A stretch of 62,712 bases of DNA, counting the filler. It is 7 parts of 7 records of this genome, joined end to end, with 100 filler letters (N's around TTAATTAATTAA, not from the genome) between each part and the next. Parts side by side here need not be neighbours in the genome. Positions count along the whole stretch, not along the records: positions 33,669 to 41,434 come from SRR31156797_47528; positions 41,535 to 51,615 come from SRR31156797_47529; 5 more parts are not named here. One strand, 5' to 3'. The notes below the pieces were generated by a model. That model did no database searches. It had not been told where the DNA came from and saw only the letters and a list, made by a program, of their open reading frames with translations. Of this stretch, positions 41,101 to 50,527 are shown one piece after another. Within the stretch, counting starts at the first letter, position 1, and every line of letters begins with the position of its first letter. The position numbers were made by a program, and so were the translations under genes.

Positions 41101-41157
41101 TATGCATATGAAACTAATTAAAAAAAATAAAATAATTTTATAACGCAGTTTTGTCAT
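38107..41157 (-). CDS. Secreted S8 subtilase with prodomain, IPT/TIG, nidogen-like domain and 2 GWNL repeats
   Basis: Triad VIDTGVD / HGHGTHIAG / SGTSMA; IISWSDSRIVCRVP (IPT); IAPLWEDL. Confidence 0.9.
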   Translation of the reverse strand: MTKLRYKIILFFLISFICISVAASTQTISPKNSTSLSDGIKKSYTLSIDGELFSIDATGAAVGDILKGISKKTNIKISNSPILEKVTLSFKKLPLDDALKKLTHNRALIYEKYDNEERFNVSEAFFFKGSKRAVAESKACKFSNSTKPDVDLTFRTKNRTNTTSDDSINNNKNVIKKDCVKSEFVSSELVIRFKRLISKQIIDNLVASIGATEKEQIRQLNYYVLSLPPHLSVNEAMERFHQQGVMDKAEPNYIIPLKDIPDDSKFFKQWALNNTGQHNGTGDGDIDAPEAWDIEQGRRDVVIAVIDTGVDYTHEDLAANIWNNPGEIPDNGMDDDGNGYIDDHLGWDFVDSQGGVPDEDYKNPDNDPMDRHGHGTHIAGIAAAVSNNSLGIAGVARNCMIMPVRASYRTPSGDGALESVDAAHAIIYAAENGARVVNLSWGDYQESNLIEDAMAFAAEKGALICAAAGNDNTSDFLYPAASGISAVMAVGATDNRDKAASFSNYGDWVDISAPGVSILSTGLNNTYCNMSGTSMAVPHVAGVAALLFSHFPSIGPLEVKSRMLRSLDIIPELHGKSGSSGRINAYTGLTVNFDLPHIFSLSQVDAYGGQQITITGDCFGVNRGNCSVGFYPDRTADIISWSDSRIVCRVPEGARTGEVTIITDRGISNAVKINILHKSYNETLVDNEFQGEGQALVWKADDQSWLYSLPFSFPFFQDEYDTVHVCSNGFLDFTQGSASHSNSEANFKNRAMIAPLWEDLVTNGFSQQGEDIYISSPSSDSVCFRWGAERYETGEPVNVEAVLYEDGRIKFNYGSGNSNLSSTIGISRGDGSQYHFSGYDEAGQLTEVKSILFTPREQSFTFSLDLGWNLISFPVRLNNNQVNQVLGGLNQGIESVWSFESGTWHIYDPRNPGLGDLQELAPGRGYWIKTIQKGLHFKVQGQRPSSALNLEEGWNLVGGNSLQGMPLEEALPLIGGEVDSIWGYKGGNWYVYDPKNPGLSNLENMEPGRGYWLFFR

Positions 41158-41434
41158 AATGCCGTTACTTGATAAGTAATAGGTGCGTAAAAAAGCACCA
41201 AACGGAATCCGACCATTAAAACAGGCAGTATCAAAACGCCCAAATAGGCGGAACTTTTAGCCAATCAACGATATAGGACATCATTCTTGCCAGGAAGCCT
41301 GAAATACCAACCACATTGCCATTACAGGCTTGAGTTCTGATCCATATTCAGCAATAAAACGGAATGTCATAGCCCGACTATGTAAACCGACGAATGCGGA
41401 TCAGGGCAACCAAGCAAATGATGCTTTGATATGG

Positions 41435-41534
41435 NNNNNNNNNNNNNNNNNNNNNNNNNNNNNNNNNNNNNNNNNNNNTTAATTAATTAANNNNNNNNNN
41501 NNNNNNNNNNNNNNNNNNNNNNNNNNNNNNNNNN
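41435..41534. other. Artificial contig spacer
   Basis: N44-TTAATTAATTAA-N44. Confidence 0.98.
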
Positions 41535-42846
41535 CATCAAGGATGCCAAGGGCAATATCAAGGGCGCCCTGGAGTATGTCCTCGATGTGACGGATGAGAT
41601 GAAGCAGAAGCAGGCCGCCGATGAAAAGATTGAAAACCTGAACACCATTCCCACCCCGATCCTCTCCATTGACACGGATTATAATGTTTCGTTCATCAAT
41701 CCGGCCGGAGCGGGCCTGGTGGGCATGACTCCGGATGAGGTGATCGGCCGGAAATGCTACGACCTTTTCAAGACCGAACATTGCCGGACCGATCAATGCG
41801 TGTGCGCCAAAGCCATGAAAACCGACAGCGTCGTTGACGGGCAGACGGTTGCCCACCCGGGTGGAAAGGAGATGCCCATCAAATATACCGGGGCCCCCAT
41901 CAAGGACGCCAAGGGGAACATCAAAGGCGCCCTGGAATATATTGCCGATATCACGGCGGAAAAAGAGGTTGAGCGGCTGATCGCCAATGCCGTCGGCGAA
42001 GTGGACGGCCTGGTGAACGCCTCCAGGGAGCAAATGGGGCAGGCCAACGAGAATGTCGAGAGCATGAACGATATGATCAATCAGGCGGTGAAACAGCTGG
42101 ATGAATCCATGGAAACGGTGCATACCATGCTGAACAGTTCCCAGGAGATGGTGGATCTTTCCCTCGAGTCAAACCGGCTTGCCGGAGACCTTGCCAGGGA
42201 AGCTGAAACCGGAAAGGTGGCCGGCCAGGATGCGGGTCGAAAACTGACCGGCATCAACGAGACCATGGAGAAAAACAACGAGATGGTAAACGGCCTGGTC
42301 AATCAGCTGGAAGAAATTTCCGGCTTTGTGGATATCATCAAGGATATCGCCTCCCAGACCAACCTGCTTGCCTTTAACGCGGCCATCGAGGCCGCACGGG
42401 CAGGGGACGCCGGCCGCGGGTTCGCCGTCGTGGCCGATGAGGTCCGTAAACTTGCGGAAAAAAGCTCCAAATCCGCCATCGACATCTCCACTATCGTGAA
42501 AACGGTGGAGAAGGAATCTCTCCAGACCATCTCCGCCATGCAGGACGGAATGAAAGGGCTTGCCGAGGGCGGAGTGGTCATCAATACCGCCCTTGAATCC
42601 ATGGAAACCATTTCCAAAGGCATTATCACCATCTCCGACTCGGTCAACAAGATGAGTGTAAAAGCCGACGGCCTCAGCGCCGATGGCAAAGAGGTAATGG
42701 AAAAAATCGACCAGGTTTCTTCCTCTTCGAAGAAGAACCAGGAATCGGCCGTGGCGGTCAATCAGACATTGTTCGATACGGCCGAGGCCTTGAACATGCT
42801 GGTTGAATCAAACAAGAACCTCCAGGACGCGGTGAAGAATCTGTAA
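41535..42846 (+). CDS. Multi-PAS methyl-accepting chemotaxis protein (5' truncated)
   Basis: [35 protein letters not shown]; repeated PAS/PAC end [14 protein letters not shown]. Confidence 0.92.
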
Positions 42847-42851
42847 GCGAC

Positions 42852-42887
42852 ACTCCCGGTTGAAGCTTTGGCCTTCAACCGGGAGTT
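42852..42887 (+). terminator. Stem-loop after the MCP gene
   Basis: ACTCCCGGTTGAAG / CTTCAACCGGGAGT 14-bp inverted repeat; no clear U-tract. Confidence 0.6.
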
Positions 42888-42898
42888 CCAGATAATTT

Positions 42899-43462
42899 AT
42901 GACTCTATACGGTAATGAATTTTTTACGCCACGGCTGCGGCTGCGAAGGGTAATGCTCAGGGATATTCCCATGCTTGCGGCCTGGAGCGGCAGCAAGGTT
43001 GCCCATGGTGAATATCTCACCCCCCACGCCATGGATGAGGAGACCGGGTATGCCCAGCTTGAAGCGGGTCTCCTATGGGGCAAGAAGACCAGGACCTTTA
43101 TCATTGATATCCGGGGCGGGACATCCATCGGGTCCATCCATTACTGGCTCAGGCCGGAACGAATGGATTGCGCCGTGGTGGCGCTGAAAATATCGGTGCC
43201 CGGGGCAAGAAGAAAAGGGTATGGAACCGAGGCGCAGAAATATCTCATTATCAACCTGTTTGAACGGCTTAAAATAAACGAAATCCAAATGTATACCGAT
43301 ATCAACAACATTGCCCAGCAGCGCTGCCTGGCAAAGCTTGGCTTTGAACAGGTGGAGTCCCTCACCTACGATGATCACCGGGTGACCCGCCTTGGATTCC
43401 TGTTCAGACTCCGTCGTTCTCAATATCAACAGTCTTCCGTCTACAAATACTATTATGAATAA
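42899..43462 (+). CDS. GNAT acetyltransferase (RimJ/RimL-like)
   Basis: TPRLRLR, RRKGYGTEA, NIAQQRCLAKLGF. Confidence 0.88.
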   Translation: MTLYGNEFFTPRLRLRRVMLRDIPMLAAWSGSKVAHGEYLTPHAMDEETGYAQLEAGLLWGKKTRTFIIDIRGGTSIGSIHYWLRPERMDCAVVALKISVPGARRKGYGTEAQKYLIINLFERLKINEIQMYTDINNIAQQRCLAKLGFEQVESLTYDDHRVTRLGFLFRLRRSQYQQSSVYKYYYE

Positions 43463-44480
43463 CCTCGGTATTCTCATGGATGACCGGTATTTTGATCATG
43501 CCGTCGAACCCCGGTCCCTGGAAAATCCCAAACGCCTCCGCCGGCTTTATCCCCTGATAAAAGAACGGTACGAGGGCGCGTTCACGAGCGTGGTCCCAAG
43601 GGAAGCCTCCTTTGACCAAATAGAGCAGGTCCATTCCAACTTCTACCTCAACCAGGTAAGGGAGCATGCCCTCAAGCCCGACCCGTTTTCCTATGATCGG
43701 GACACCTATTTGATGGACCAGTCCCTTGCCACGGCCCAGCTGGCCGCCGGCGGGTGTCTTGAGATGGCGGACCGGGTGATGGACGGCACCATCCGCAACG
43801 GGTTCGCGTTGATACGGCCCCCCGGCCACCATGCCGAGCCCGGCCGGGGAATGGGATTCTGTGTCCTGAATAATGTCGCCATTACGGCGAAATATCTCCA
43901 GGCCCGCTATCAGCTCAGCCGTATCCTGATCCTTGACTTTGATATTCACCATGGCAACGGCACCCAGGAGGTGTTCTATGATACGGACACGGTCATGTTC
44001 ATCTCCGTCCACCAGAAAGGCTTGTTCCTGTCCAGCGGCACCCCCGGGGAGATCGGGGAAGGCCCGGGCCGGGGGCATACCATAAACATCCCTGTCCACA
44101 GTCTGTTCGGGGATACCGAGTATACCTATCTGTTCGGACAGCTCCTCAACAACGTGGTGGAACAATACATGCCCCAGATCATCCTGGTGTCGGCGGGGTA
44201 TGACGGTCATGAAGCCGACCCCATCAGCGCCACCCTGCTGACCAGCCACTGGTATCACACCGTGACCACCATGATAAAACAATGTGCCCGGGATATCTGT
44301 GACGGCAGGCTGCTCTATCTCCTTGAAGGCGGATATAACCCGACATCACTGGCGGAAGCCGTCCTGGCGACCATCGATAGCCTGCTTGCGCCGAAACAGC
44401 CCCGGGTGGGCATCTTTCATTCCACACGGGCCCAGGCCCTGCTCAATCATCACCCCCTCACTGATTTTTGGACATTGTAA
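43455..44480 (+). CDS. Histone deacetylase family protein (class II / AcuC-like)
   Basis: RPPGHHA, GFC, DFDIHHGNGTQ, SAGYD, LEGGY. Confidence 0.92.
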   Translation: MNNLGILMDDRYFDHAVEPRSLENPKRLRRLYPLIKERYEGAFTSVVPREASFDQIEQVHSNFYLNQVREHALKPDPFSYDRDTYLMDQSLATAQLAAGGCLEMADRVMDGTIRNGFALIRPPGHHAEPGRGMGFCVLNNVAITAKYLQARYQLSRILILDFDIHHGNGTQEVFYDTDTVMFISVHQKGLFLSSGTPGEIGEGPGRGHTINIPVHSLFGDTEYTYLFGQLLNNVVEQYMPQIILVSAGYDGHEADPISATLLTSHWYHTVTTMIKQCARDICDGRLLYLLEGGYNPTSLAEAVLATIDSLLAPKQPRVGIFHSTRAQALLNHHPLTDFWTL

Positions 44481-44492
44481 AAGGAACCCGTC

Positions 44493-44933
44493 ATGACAAA
44501 CCCGGCCCCCGTTGACCATAGTGCGCTCAAGTCCATTTTCCATGAATGCAACCAGTGCGGCACCTGCTGCAAGCAATACCGGAAGATCACCCTCCATGAA
44601 GACGAGGTGGAATTTATTGAAAAAATGGGGGGGCATGTGGGGGTTGATTTGAATTTTACGGAAATCCGGGAAAAGGGCCTGGAACAGGCACGGGCTGATG
44701 CAATGAAAAGCGGCAAGATTTTCATGATTCACCCGGATGACAAGGGCTGTGTGTTTCTTCAGAAGCGGGACGGCAAGTATTGTTGTAAGATATACCATTA
44801 CCGTCCCAGGACCTGCCGGGGATTCAAGTGCAATCTTGCCGACGGGACCTTTCTTTCGCTCTTTGGGCAGGATTCCATGCATCTCCTTGGCCAGAACGCC
44901 TACGGCCTGCCCCTGAAGAACGATAAGGAGTGA
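44493..44933 (+). CDS. YkgJ family cysteine-cluster (CxxCxxCC) protein
   Basis: CNQCGTCC...GCVFL...CKIYHYRPRTCRGF.C. Confidence 0.88.
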   Translation: MTNPAPVDHSALKSIFHECNQCGTCCKQYRKITLHEDEVEFIEKMGGHVGVDLNFTEIREKGLEQARADAMKSGKIFMIHPDDKGCVFLQKRDGKYCCKIYHYRPRTCRGFKCNLADGTFLSLFGQDSMHLLGQNAYGLPLKNDKE

Positions 44934-44940
44934 TTGGGAA

Positions 44941-44990
44941 GATGCCCCCATACGAGCATGTTGTGTTCATATGGGGGCATCTTTGTTTTT
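44941..44990. terminator. Intrinsic terminator between convergent operons
   Basis: GATGCCCCCATA / TATGGGGGCATC inverted repeat followed by TTTGTTTTT. Confidence 0.7.
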
Positions 44991-44997
44991 AAAAAAT

Positions 44998-45309
44998 TCA
45001 ATCTTTGACCACAGGATAGTCCGTGGTGATTTTTTGCCAGTATTTAATATCCGTACCGCCCTTCATGACATCAATGAGCATCCATGTCTCTCCGGTTTTG
45101 GTATTCAGGCGGAACAGCTTCTGCTCCAGAAACTTGGTGGATTGATTTTTCTGAATCAATGCGGAATGATACACCGCATTATACAATACATAATCACCGC
45201 TTCCCTTGGACTGTTGGGGGGGCAGTGTCTTCAGATCCTTTGAAAAGGCCAGGGATCCATTGATTAACAGCCATAAGAAACAGGAGATGCAGCAGATGGT
45301 CTTTTTCAT
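44998..45309 (-). CDS. Small secreted hypothetical protein
   Basis: Signal peptide; LFRLNTKTGETW; last gene of the operon. Confidence 0.65.
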   Translation of the reverse strand: MKKTICCISCFLWLLINGSLAFSKDLKTLPPQQSKGSGDYVLYNAVYHSALIQKNQSTKFLEQKLFRLNTKTGETWMLIDVMKGGTDIKYWQKITTDYPVVKD

Positions 45310-45326
45310 ACAAAATTTCCTATACG

Positions 45327-47339
45327 TTAATTATCCATGATAATTGGCCCCATGACTTTATCGCTTTCACCGGGAGATCCTTTTAACTTATCTTTATCCG
45401 TTGCAAAAATGGAGTATTGATACTCTACGTTTGGTTTCACGTCCGAATCAACATATTCCAATGTTGCGGCGGACACCTCTTTTATTGTTGTCCATCCCAT
45501 ACTGCCCTTTTTTCGCAAAATGGTATAATGCTGAATATCCGGTTCGGGATTCCTTTGCCATTGAAGAACAATCGCATCTTTCCGCCCCTTCACGGAAATC
45601 TCACCGACCTTTTTCGGTACGGGTTTTGTCGTTGCACTGACCTTTTCAGAAAACTTGCCCTCAACCTTGAACAAATTAAACGTCGTTATGGTGTAGATGT
45701 AGGTTGTTCCGTCCTTGATGGCATGAATGACACTGCTTTTATCCTGATAACGCTTTTTTTGAGCCCCGGTCAGCGTTGCGATCTTTTGAAATGTATCTCC
45801 TTCTATTTGCCTGTAAATGGTGTATCCTCCAACATCCGTATCCTGAACGGGTTCCCATGTCAGCTCCACCCTTTTTACCAGCCCGCTCCGGGCCTTAAAA
45901 TTTTCCGGATAATCGATCGGCGCTTTTGTTTTTCCTTGAACCGCCCGGGACGGAGCGGTTTCGCCTTTGCCGTCAAATGCCGTCAATTGATAAAAATAAA
46001 CGGTATCATCAAGATTGTTCTTTGTATCTTGATAGCTGCAAGGCTTGTTGCCGGCAATTCTGCTTATTTTTTGCCAGTCTTCGCCATCTGTTTTTCTGTA
46101 GAGAATATAGGCTTCGGCTTCTTCCACAGGTTGCCATGCAAGATCAATGCGCCTTAGCATATTCTCCTTCACAAGGGTCAGTTCGGGAGAGGCCATGGTG
46201 GTTATTTCAACAGGCGGTGAAAGTTCGCTTTCCACCATTTTTTCATCAACACTGGAAACCGCGTAAAAATACGAAGTATTCTCTTTTAAATCAGATTGAT
46301 CCTCCACCGGGTAATTGTAACCCATGTTTGCGCTTTTTTTGTTTATGGTTTCAAGAAGTTTCCACTCTCCGCCCTTTTCTTTTCTGAACACTTTATAATG
46401 TTTGATCATAAAGTGTTCTTGCTGGTTCAACAGGGACGGTATGAATTCAAACGCCACTCTTTGGGCATACCCCTTTTTTCCCATGATCAGGGGGGGATAG
46501 GGCATGGCCAATGACGTTTTGGTGGCAGAGGCCGGCTTTTCAGTTCGAATTTCTTTGCCCGAAGCCAACAATGCACCAATACGATAAAAATATTCTTTGT
46601 CCTCGGTTACGGTTTCATCGTTGAATTCGGGTTTGGTTGCTTTGCCTATGAACTGGAACGGTCCTGTTGAATTTTCAGAACGATAGACATGATAACCAAC
46701 AATGGTTTCCGCTGAAGGGGTAAGACCCCAGGTTACCAGGATACCCTTTCTGGAGGGTTTTGCACTGACGGTTGAAACGATCTCGGATACCGCAACAGCT
46801 GACTCCGGAACAGCCGCCGGTTTCCCGGCCTCGACAACGCTTTCATCATGTTCCTTGATCACCGAGCCGATCTTCCGGGCCAATTCGGTCATCTGGTCTC
46901 GAATGGCGTTTTTTCCCAGGATATCGACCCCATCATTCAGCACGACTTCGCCGGTACGGAGATCCATTAATTTTAAAATGCAATGAATCACGGTATCGGA
47001 ATCCTTTTTTTCAATGCTGCCGAAGAAAACGTAGCTGACGCCTAAAACTTTCCCGGCCTTTGACACCTGTGATTCATTATCACTCTGTGTGATCCCATGT
47101 TTGAACAGCATCTCCTGCATTTCGCGCCTGGGCATGACAGTGATTGTCCCTTCCCGGGTCAGGGCCGAGATCAAATTATAGATTATTTCACTGTTGTATC
47201 CCATGACATCGATGCTGGCCGCCCGCAAATTAAAAAGGGCAAGGGCGCTTTGTCCCGGGAAAGAACTCGATGCACCCACCGTGTTCATCCACAGGCCGAT
47301 CAGGCAGAAACAGATAAAAGTCCTTTTTATGCACCCCAT
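45327..47339 (-). CDS. Secreted protein with a CsgG/TolB-N-like domain and about 5 fibronectin type III repeats
   Basis: Signal peptide; KAGKVLGVSYVFFGSI...LKLMDLRTGE; repeated L.W...Y.IYR...Y.D...Y.Y. Confidence 0.8.
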   Translation of the reverse strand: MGCIKRTFICFCLIGLWMNTVGASSSFPGQSALALFNLRAASIDVMGYNSEIIYNLISALTREGTITVMPRREMQEMLFKHGITQSDNESQVSKAGKVLGVSYVFFGSIEKKDSDTVIHCILKLMDLRTGEVVLNDGVDILGKNAIRDQMTELARKIGSVIKEHDESVVEAGKPAAVPESAVAVSEIVSTVSAKPSRKGILVTWGLTPSAETIVGYHVYRSENSTGPFQFIGKATKPEFNDETVTEDKEYFYRIGALLASGKEIRTEKPASATKTSLAMPYPPLIMGKKGYAQRVAFEFIPSLLNQQEHFMIKHYKVFRKEKGGEWKLLETINKKSANMGYNYPVEDQSDLKENTSYFYAVSSVDEKMVESELSPPVEITTMASPELTLVKENMLRRIDLAWQPVEEAEAYILYRKTDGEDWQKISRIAGNKPCSYQDTKNNLDDTVYFYQLTAFDGKGETAPSRAVQGKTKAPIDYPENFKARSGLVKRVELTWEPVQDTDVGGYTIYRQIEGDTFQKIATLTGAQKKRYQDKSSVIHAIKDGTTYIYTITTFNLFKVEGKFSEKVSATTKPVPKKVGEISVKGRKDAIVLQWQRNPEPDIQHYTILRKKGSMGWTTIKEVSAATLEYVDSDVKPNVEYQYSIFATDKDKLKGSPGESDKVMGPIIMDN

Positions 47340-47341
47340 GT

Positions 47342-49351
47342 CTATAGTCCTGCGGCTATTCGATAGTTGTAAATGATATCATGAAGTTTCGTTTTTGATT
47401 CAGCGGTTATTGGGGAACCGGAGATCATTTTCATTTTTTCATCAAAAATGGCATTGACATAATTCTCGGCGGCCGCAAGGTCGTTACGGCGTTTCAAGAA
47501 GCTTTCGGCCGTGTCAAAATAGCTCTTTTCCATATATTGGAGCGGGCTTAACGCTTCCCTGCCCAACTCGGCCACGGCCTTATCCGTCAAATCCTGAAGC
47601 AGGTCTATATCGGTGGTGATCTCCAGGGGATCATACTTGATGTTTGCCTCGGCAAGGCCCGCACTGCCTTGGTCCGCAACTTCCTTTTTGATTTCGATGG
47701 TATCCACCTTGATATTCTCACCGGTTGCAACATCAACGATCCTGAAGGACAATTGAACGAATCCGATTTTTTTATGCTGTGACACTTCATAATCTTTTTG
47801 GGTGAAAACATCCTCGATAACCTTGGCTTCAGGGGCCTTTGCCAGCTGTTCTTTTGTCGGCTTCGGATGCTTTGCCTTCCAGTTCAGATAATCGATATTA
47901 TCAATGATTTTTGTCCCGGTCTTATAACTGACGGTTTTTTTACCCTTTGTCAGGTACGATTCCACCTTGTATAAGAGGACACTTCCCATGATGGCCACGT
48001 TAATGCCGTAGACCTTTCCCATTTCCTGAGCGTACTCAGGGTTGACCACACCGACCTGGCCAAGCTTCATCTCTTCCAGTATGGATTTCAGATTTTCTCT
48101 TTCAAGAATCTTGATGTCTTTGCTGGCTGAGTTGAAAAGATAGGTGATCAAATTGTTGGCAACGATAACACCGGCATCTTTGGAATTTGAAGGACTGCCG
48201 AAATCAAACACGGCAATCGCTTTTTTAATCCTGCCATCGATTTCATCCTCCATGGTCTGTATTGAATAGAAAATATCCGGGTAGGAGGAATCGATGCTTT
48301 CAATTTTTTTATACCAATACCATGCGGAACCGAAATTTCCCTGTTCCTTGAGCATGGCGGCGGTATTGCCGGCCAATTGGGAAAGTCGCTGGCGAAGGCT
48401 TACAAGGGGATAACTATTCTTGAACGGGGCGTATTCCAACGCTTTTTCGTAATTTTCAAACCCCTTCAACAGGAGTCCACCATCAATGTTCCGGCCGGCC
48501 GTTTTGAGATAATATTCCGATGCAAGCGTGTAAACCTGATTGTTCAGGTTTTCAAGTTCTTCATTGGCAGGCTCATATTCCCGGGCCCGGTTATAGCAGG
48601 AGATGGCTTCCTCCCATTTTTTCCGGGATGCGGCTGCCGCTCCTTTTCCCAGGAAATATTGAATATTATCCCTTTCCCGGGCAAGCTCAAGGAGCTCCCG
48701 GGACGGGGCATGATCCATGTTCATTGCAAGGGCTTTGTTGGCATTGGCAATGGCTTCACCAATGTTGTCTTTGTCCAGATGGGCCGAGGCGGCCTTGTAA
48801 AAATGGTCCGTCCCCTTCTCCACCGTGGTTGCCATCAGCTGGAAGGTATCCTCATAGGATGGGAACCTGCTTTGCAGTTGCTGGAGTTTGAAGTAAGCGG
48901 CATCCCACTCCTCTGAAGCCATGTTTTGCTTTATTTGCTGATATTCTGCCTGTATTTCACTGTAAAAGTCTGATTCCTTCCTGGTGTATTCTTCTGAAGC
49001 CTTTGTTACCTTGTCGTTTCCCGCATCAATGTCCTGAGCCTTTGACAGAGCGTTTTTTGCCTCTGTCAGGGCGTCGATGGTAATCGGAGACGTGTCCAGA
49101 AGTGTCCTCACTTTTGACAAATTAATGTCAATCTGAGCGTTTTTAAGCTCTGCAAGGGCGGCAATATATTGTTGGTTCTTGGGTTCAAGCTTTATCGCTT
49201 CCTCGAGATAGGCAATGGCATTGCCGTGATTGCCCGCACGATTCAATTGCATTGCTAACTCATAATGTTTTGATCCGGATTGACAACCAACAATAAAAAA
49301 TGTGATCGCACCTGCGAGTATGAGTTTAGCTCCATTAACCTTCCTGCCCAT
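47342..49351 (-). CDS. TPR-repeat lipoprotein with a C-terminal CsgG/HfaB-family domain
   Basis: IVGC lipobox; TPRs; IAVFDF, ILERENLKSILEEMKLGQ.G, SFRIVDVATGE. Confidence 0.82.
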   Translation of the reverse strand: MGRKVNGAKLILAGAITFFIVGCQSGSKHYELAMQLNRAGNHGNAIAYLEEAIKLEPKNQQYIAALAELKNAQIDINLSKVRTLLDTSPITIDALTEAKNALSKAQDIDAGNDKVTKASEEYTRKESDFYSEIQAEYQQIKQNMASEEWDAAYFKLQQLQSRFPSYEDTFQLMATTVEKGTDHFYKAASAHLDKDNIGEAIANANKALAMNMDHAPSRELLELARERDNIQYFLGKGAAAASRKKWEEAISCYNRAREYEPANEELENLNNQVYTLASEYYLKTAGRNIDGGLLLKGFENYEKALEYAPFKNSYPLVSLRQRLSQLAGNTAAMLKEQGNFGSAWYWYKKIESIDSSYPDIFYSIQTMEDEIDGRIKKAIAVFDFGSPSNSKDAGVIVANNLITYLFNSASKDIKILERENLKSILEEMKLGQVGVVNPEYAQEMGKVYGINVAIMGSVLLYKVESYLTKGKKTVSYKTGTKIIDNIDYLNWKAKHPKPTKEQLAKAPEAKVIEDVFTQKDYEVSQHKKIGFVQLSFRIVDVATGENIKVDTIEIKKEVADQGSAGLAEANIKYDPLEITTDIDLLQDLTDKAVAELGREALSPLQYMEKSYFDTAESFLKRRNDLAAAENYVNAIFDEKMKMISGSPITAESKTKLHDIIYNYRIAAGL

Positions 49352-49365
49352 GGGACCTCCAAACG

Positions 49366-50442
49366 CTAGTTTAACATTAATAAAACAATATTGTTTCCCT
49401 TAAGGGTTTCCAACCGTGATTCGAAACCTGCATTGCGAAAATAGGACATCTCAAGTTCCGAGACCAGATGCTCAGGGCGTCCCCGGTACTGCAGGTTGTA
49501 CTCCCCCTTCTTTCCGTCAAACGACAAGAGGGAACATCCCACAACCCCTGAAACATCGGTTTTTAGAATTTCCGGAATTTCAATGGCCCTGGATTGAGAT
49601 TTAACGTTTTTCAACGTAATATAGATATCGCGTTCATTATAAAGCTCTTTTTCATACTGGATCAGCAGCTTATCCCTTAACCCTGTCCAGATGGCATCGA
49701 TGCATTGCCGGGCACCTTTATCGAGGATCGATAGACTGTTTTCTCCCGGAATCGACCGAACCGAGCTTGAAGACGCCAGCACTTCCTGATCGCCAGGCCT
49801 GTACATCTCCGCGGTCACCCCTATTTCATTGAGAGAGATGGACATGCCCTGGTAATCGGAGACTTTTGTGGTTTGTTCAAGGGTAAGCCCTACCAGCAAT
49901 CCGGCTTTTGCCTGGGATTCGTCGGAATATTTCAACACCGTAAAACCTGCCTGCTGAAGTTTGCCCGTCAAAAGATTTACGGTTTTGGCGGCAACCGGCA
50001 GGTATTTTGAATCGGTTCCCGGCTGAATGAAAATGCTGACCCTTGGGTTTCGCTGCCAGCTCAACATCTCTTTGAACCGTTCCAGGTCATTCTTAATGTC
50101 CGCAGATTCAACCTCCGCTTTGATGGTAACTTCCATGGTGCCGAAGTTGCTCTTTTTTTCATCAACCACGGTTACGTTTTTGACATAGCCGGAGGAGTGG
50201 CTGATGATTCTGTCTTCCTGCATCTGATAATTACGGACAACGCTCAATGAGCTGACGTAGCTTCCCATGACCTGCTGAATCGCGGCCCTTTTGGCTTCAT
50301 CTATCGCTTTTTCCCGTGCGACGATTTCTTTGCCTGGTTCAAAGAAACTCATCCCTTTTGCCGTTACCGTTTCCCCAGCCCACAGCGGCTGCGGTGCGAT
50401 CAAGACCATCAGTACTAAAAAACAAAAAGCTCTCATTTTCAC
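49366..50442 (-). CDS. Secreted protein with a FlgT N-terminal-like (LPP20-like) domain
   Basis: VTAKG....AREKAIDEAKRAAIQQVMG.YV.S...V....GYVKN. Confidence 0.75.
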   Translation of the reverse strand: MKMRAFCFLVLMVLIAPQPLWAGETVTAKGMSFFEPGKEIVAREKAIDEAKRAAIQQVMGSYVSSLSVVRNYQMQEDRIISHSSGYVKNVTVVDEKKSNFGTMEVTIKAEVESADIKNDLERFKEMLSWQRNPRVSIFIQPGTDSKYLPVAAKTVNLLTGKLQQAGFTVLKYSDESQAKAGLLVGLTLEQTTKVSDYQGMSISLNEIGVTAEMYRPGDQEVLASSSSVRSIPGENSLSILDKGARQCIDAIWTGLRDKLLIQYEKELYNERDIYITLKNVKSQSRAIEIPEILKTDVSGVVGCSLLSFDGKKGEYNLQYRGRPEHLVSELEMSYFRNAGFESRLETLKGNNIVLLMLN

Positions 50443-50527
50443 CTTGTGTTTTCATGTTTAAAAATCTTCCACGTCCATGGCCAGACGCCATAACGCATAT
50501 CCGCCTTCCCTTTCGGAAAGAGTCCTT

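Noticed and set aside
49366-50442. Flagellar gene cluster suggested by the FlgT-like domain
   Set aside because: Only the N-terminal domain resembles FlgT and no flagellar structural genes are nearby.
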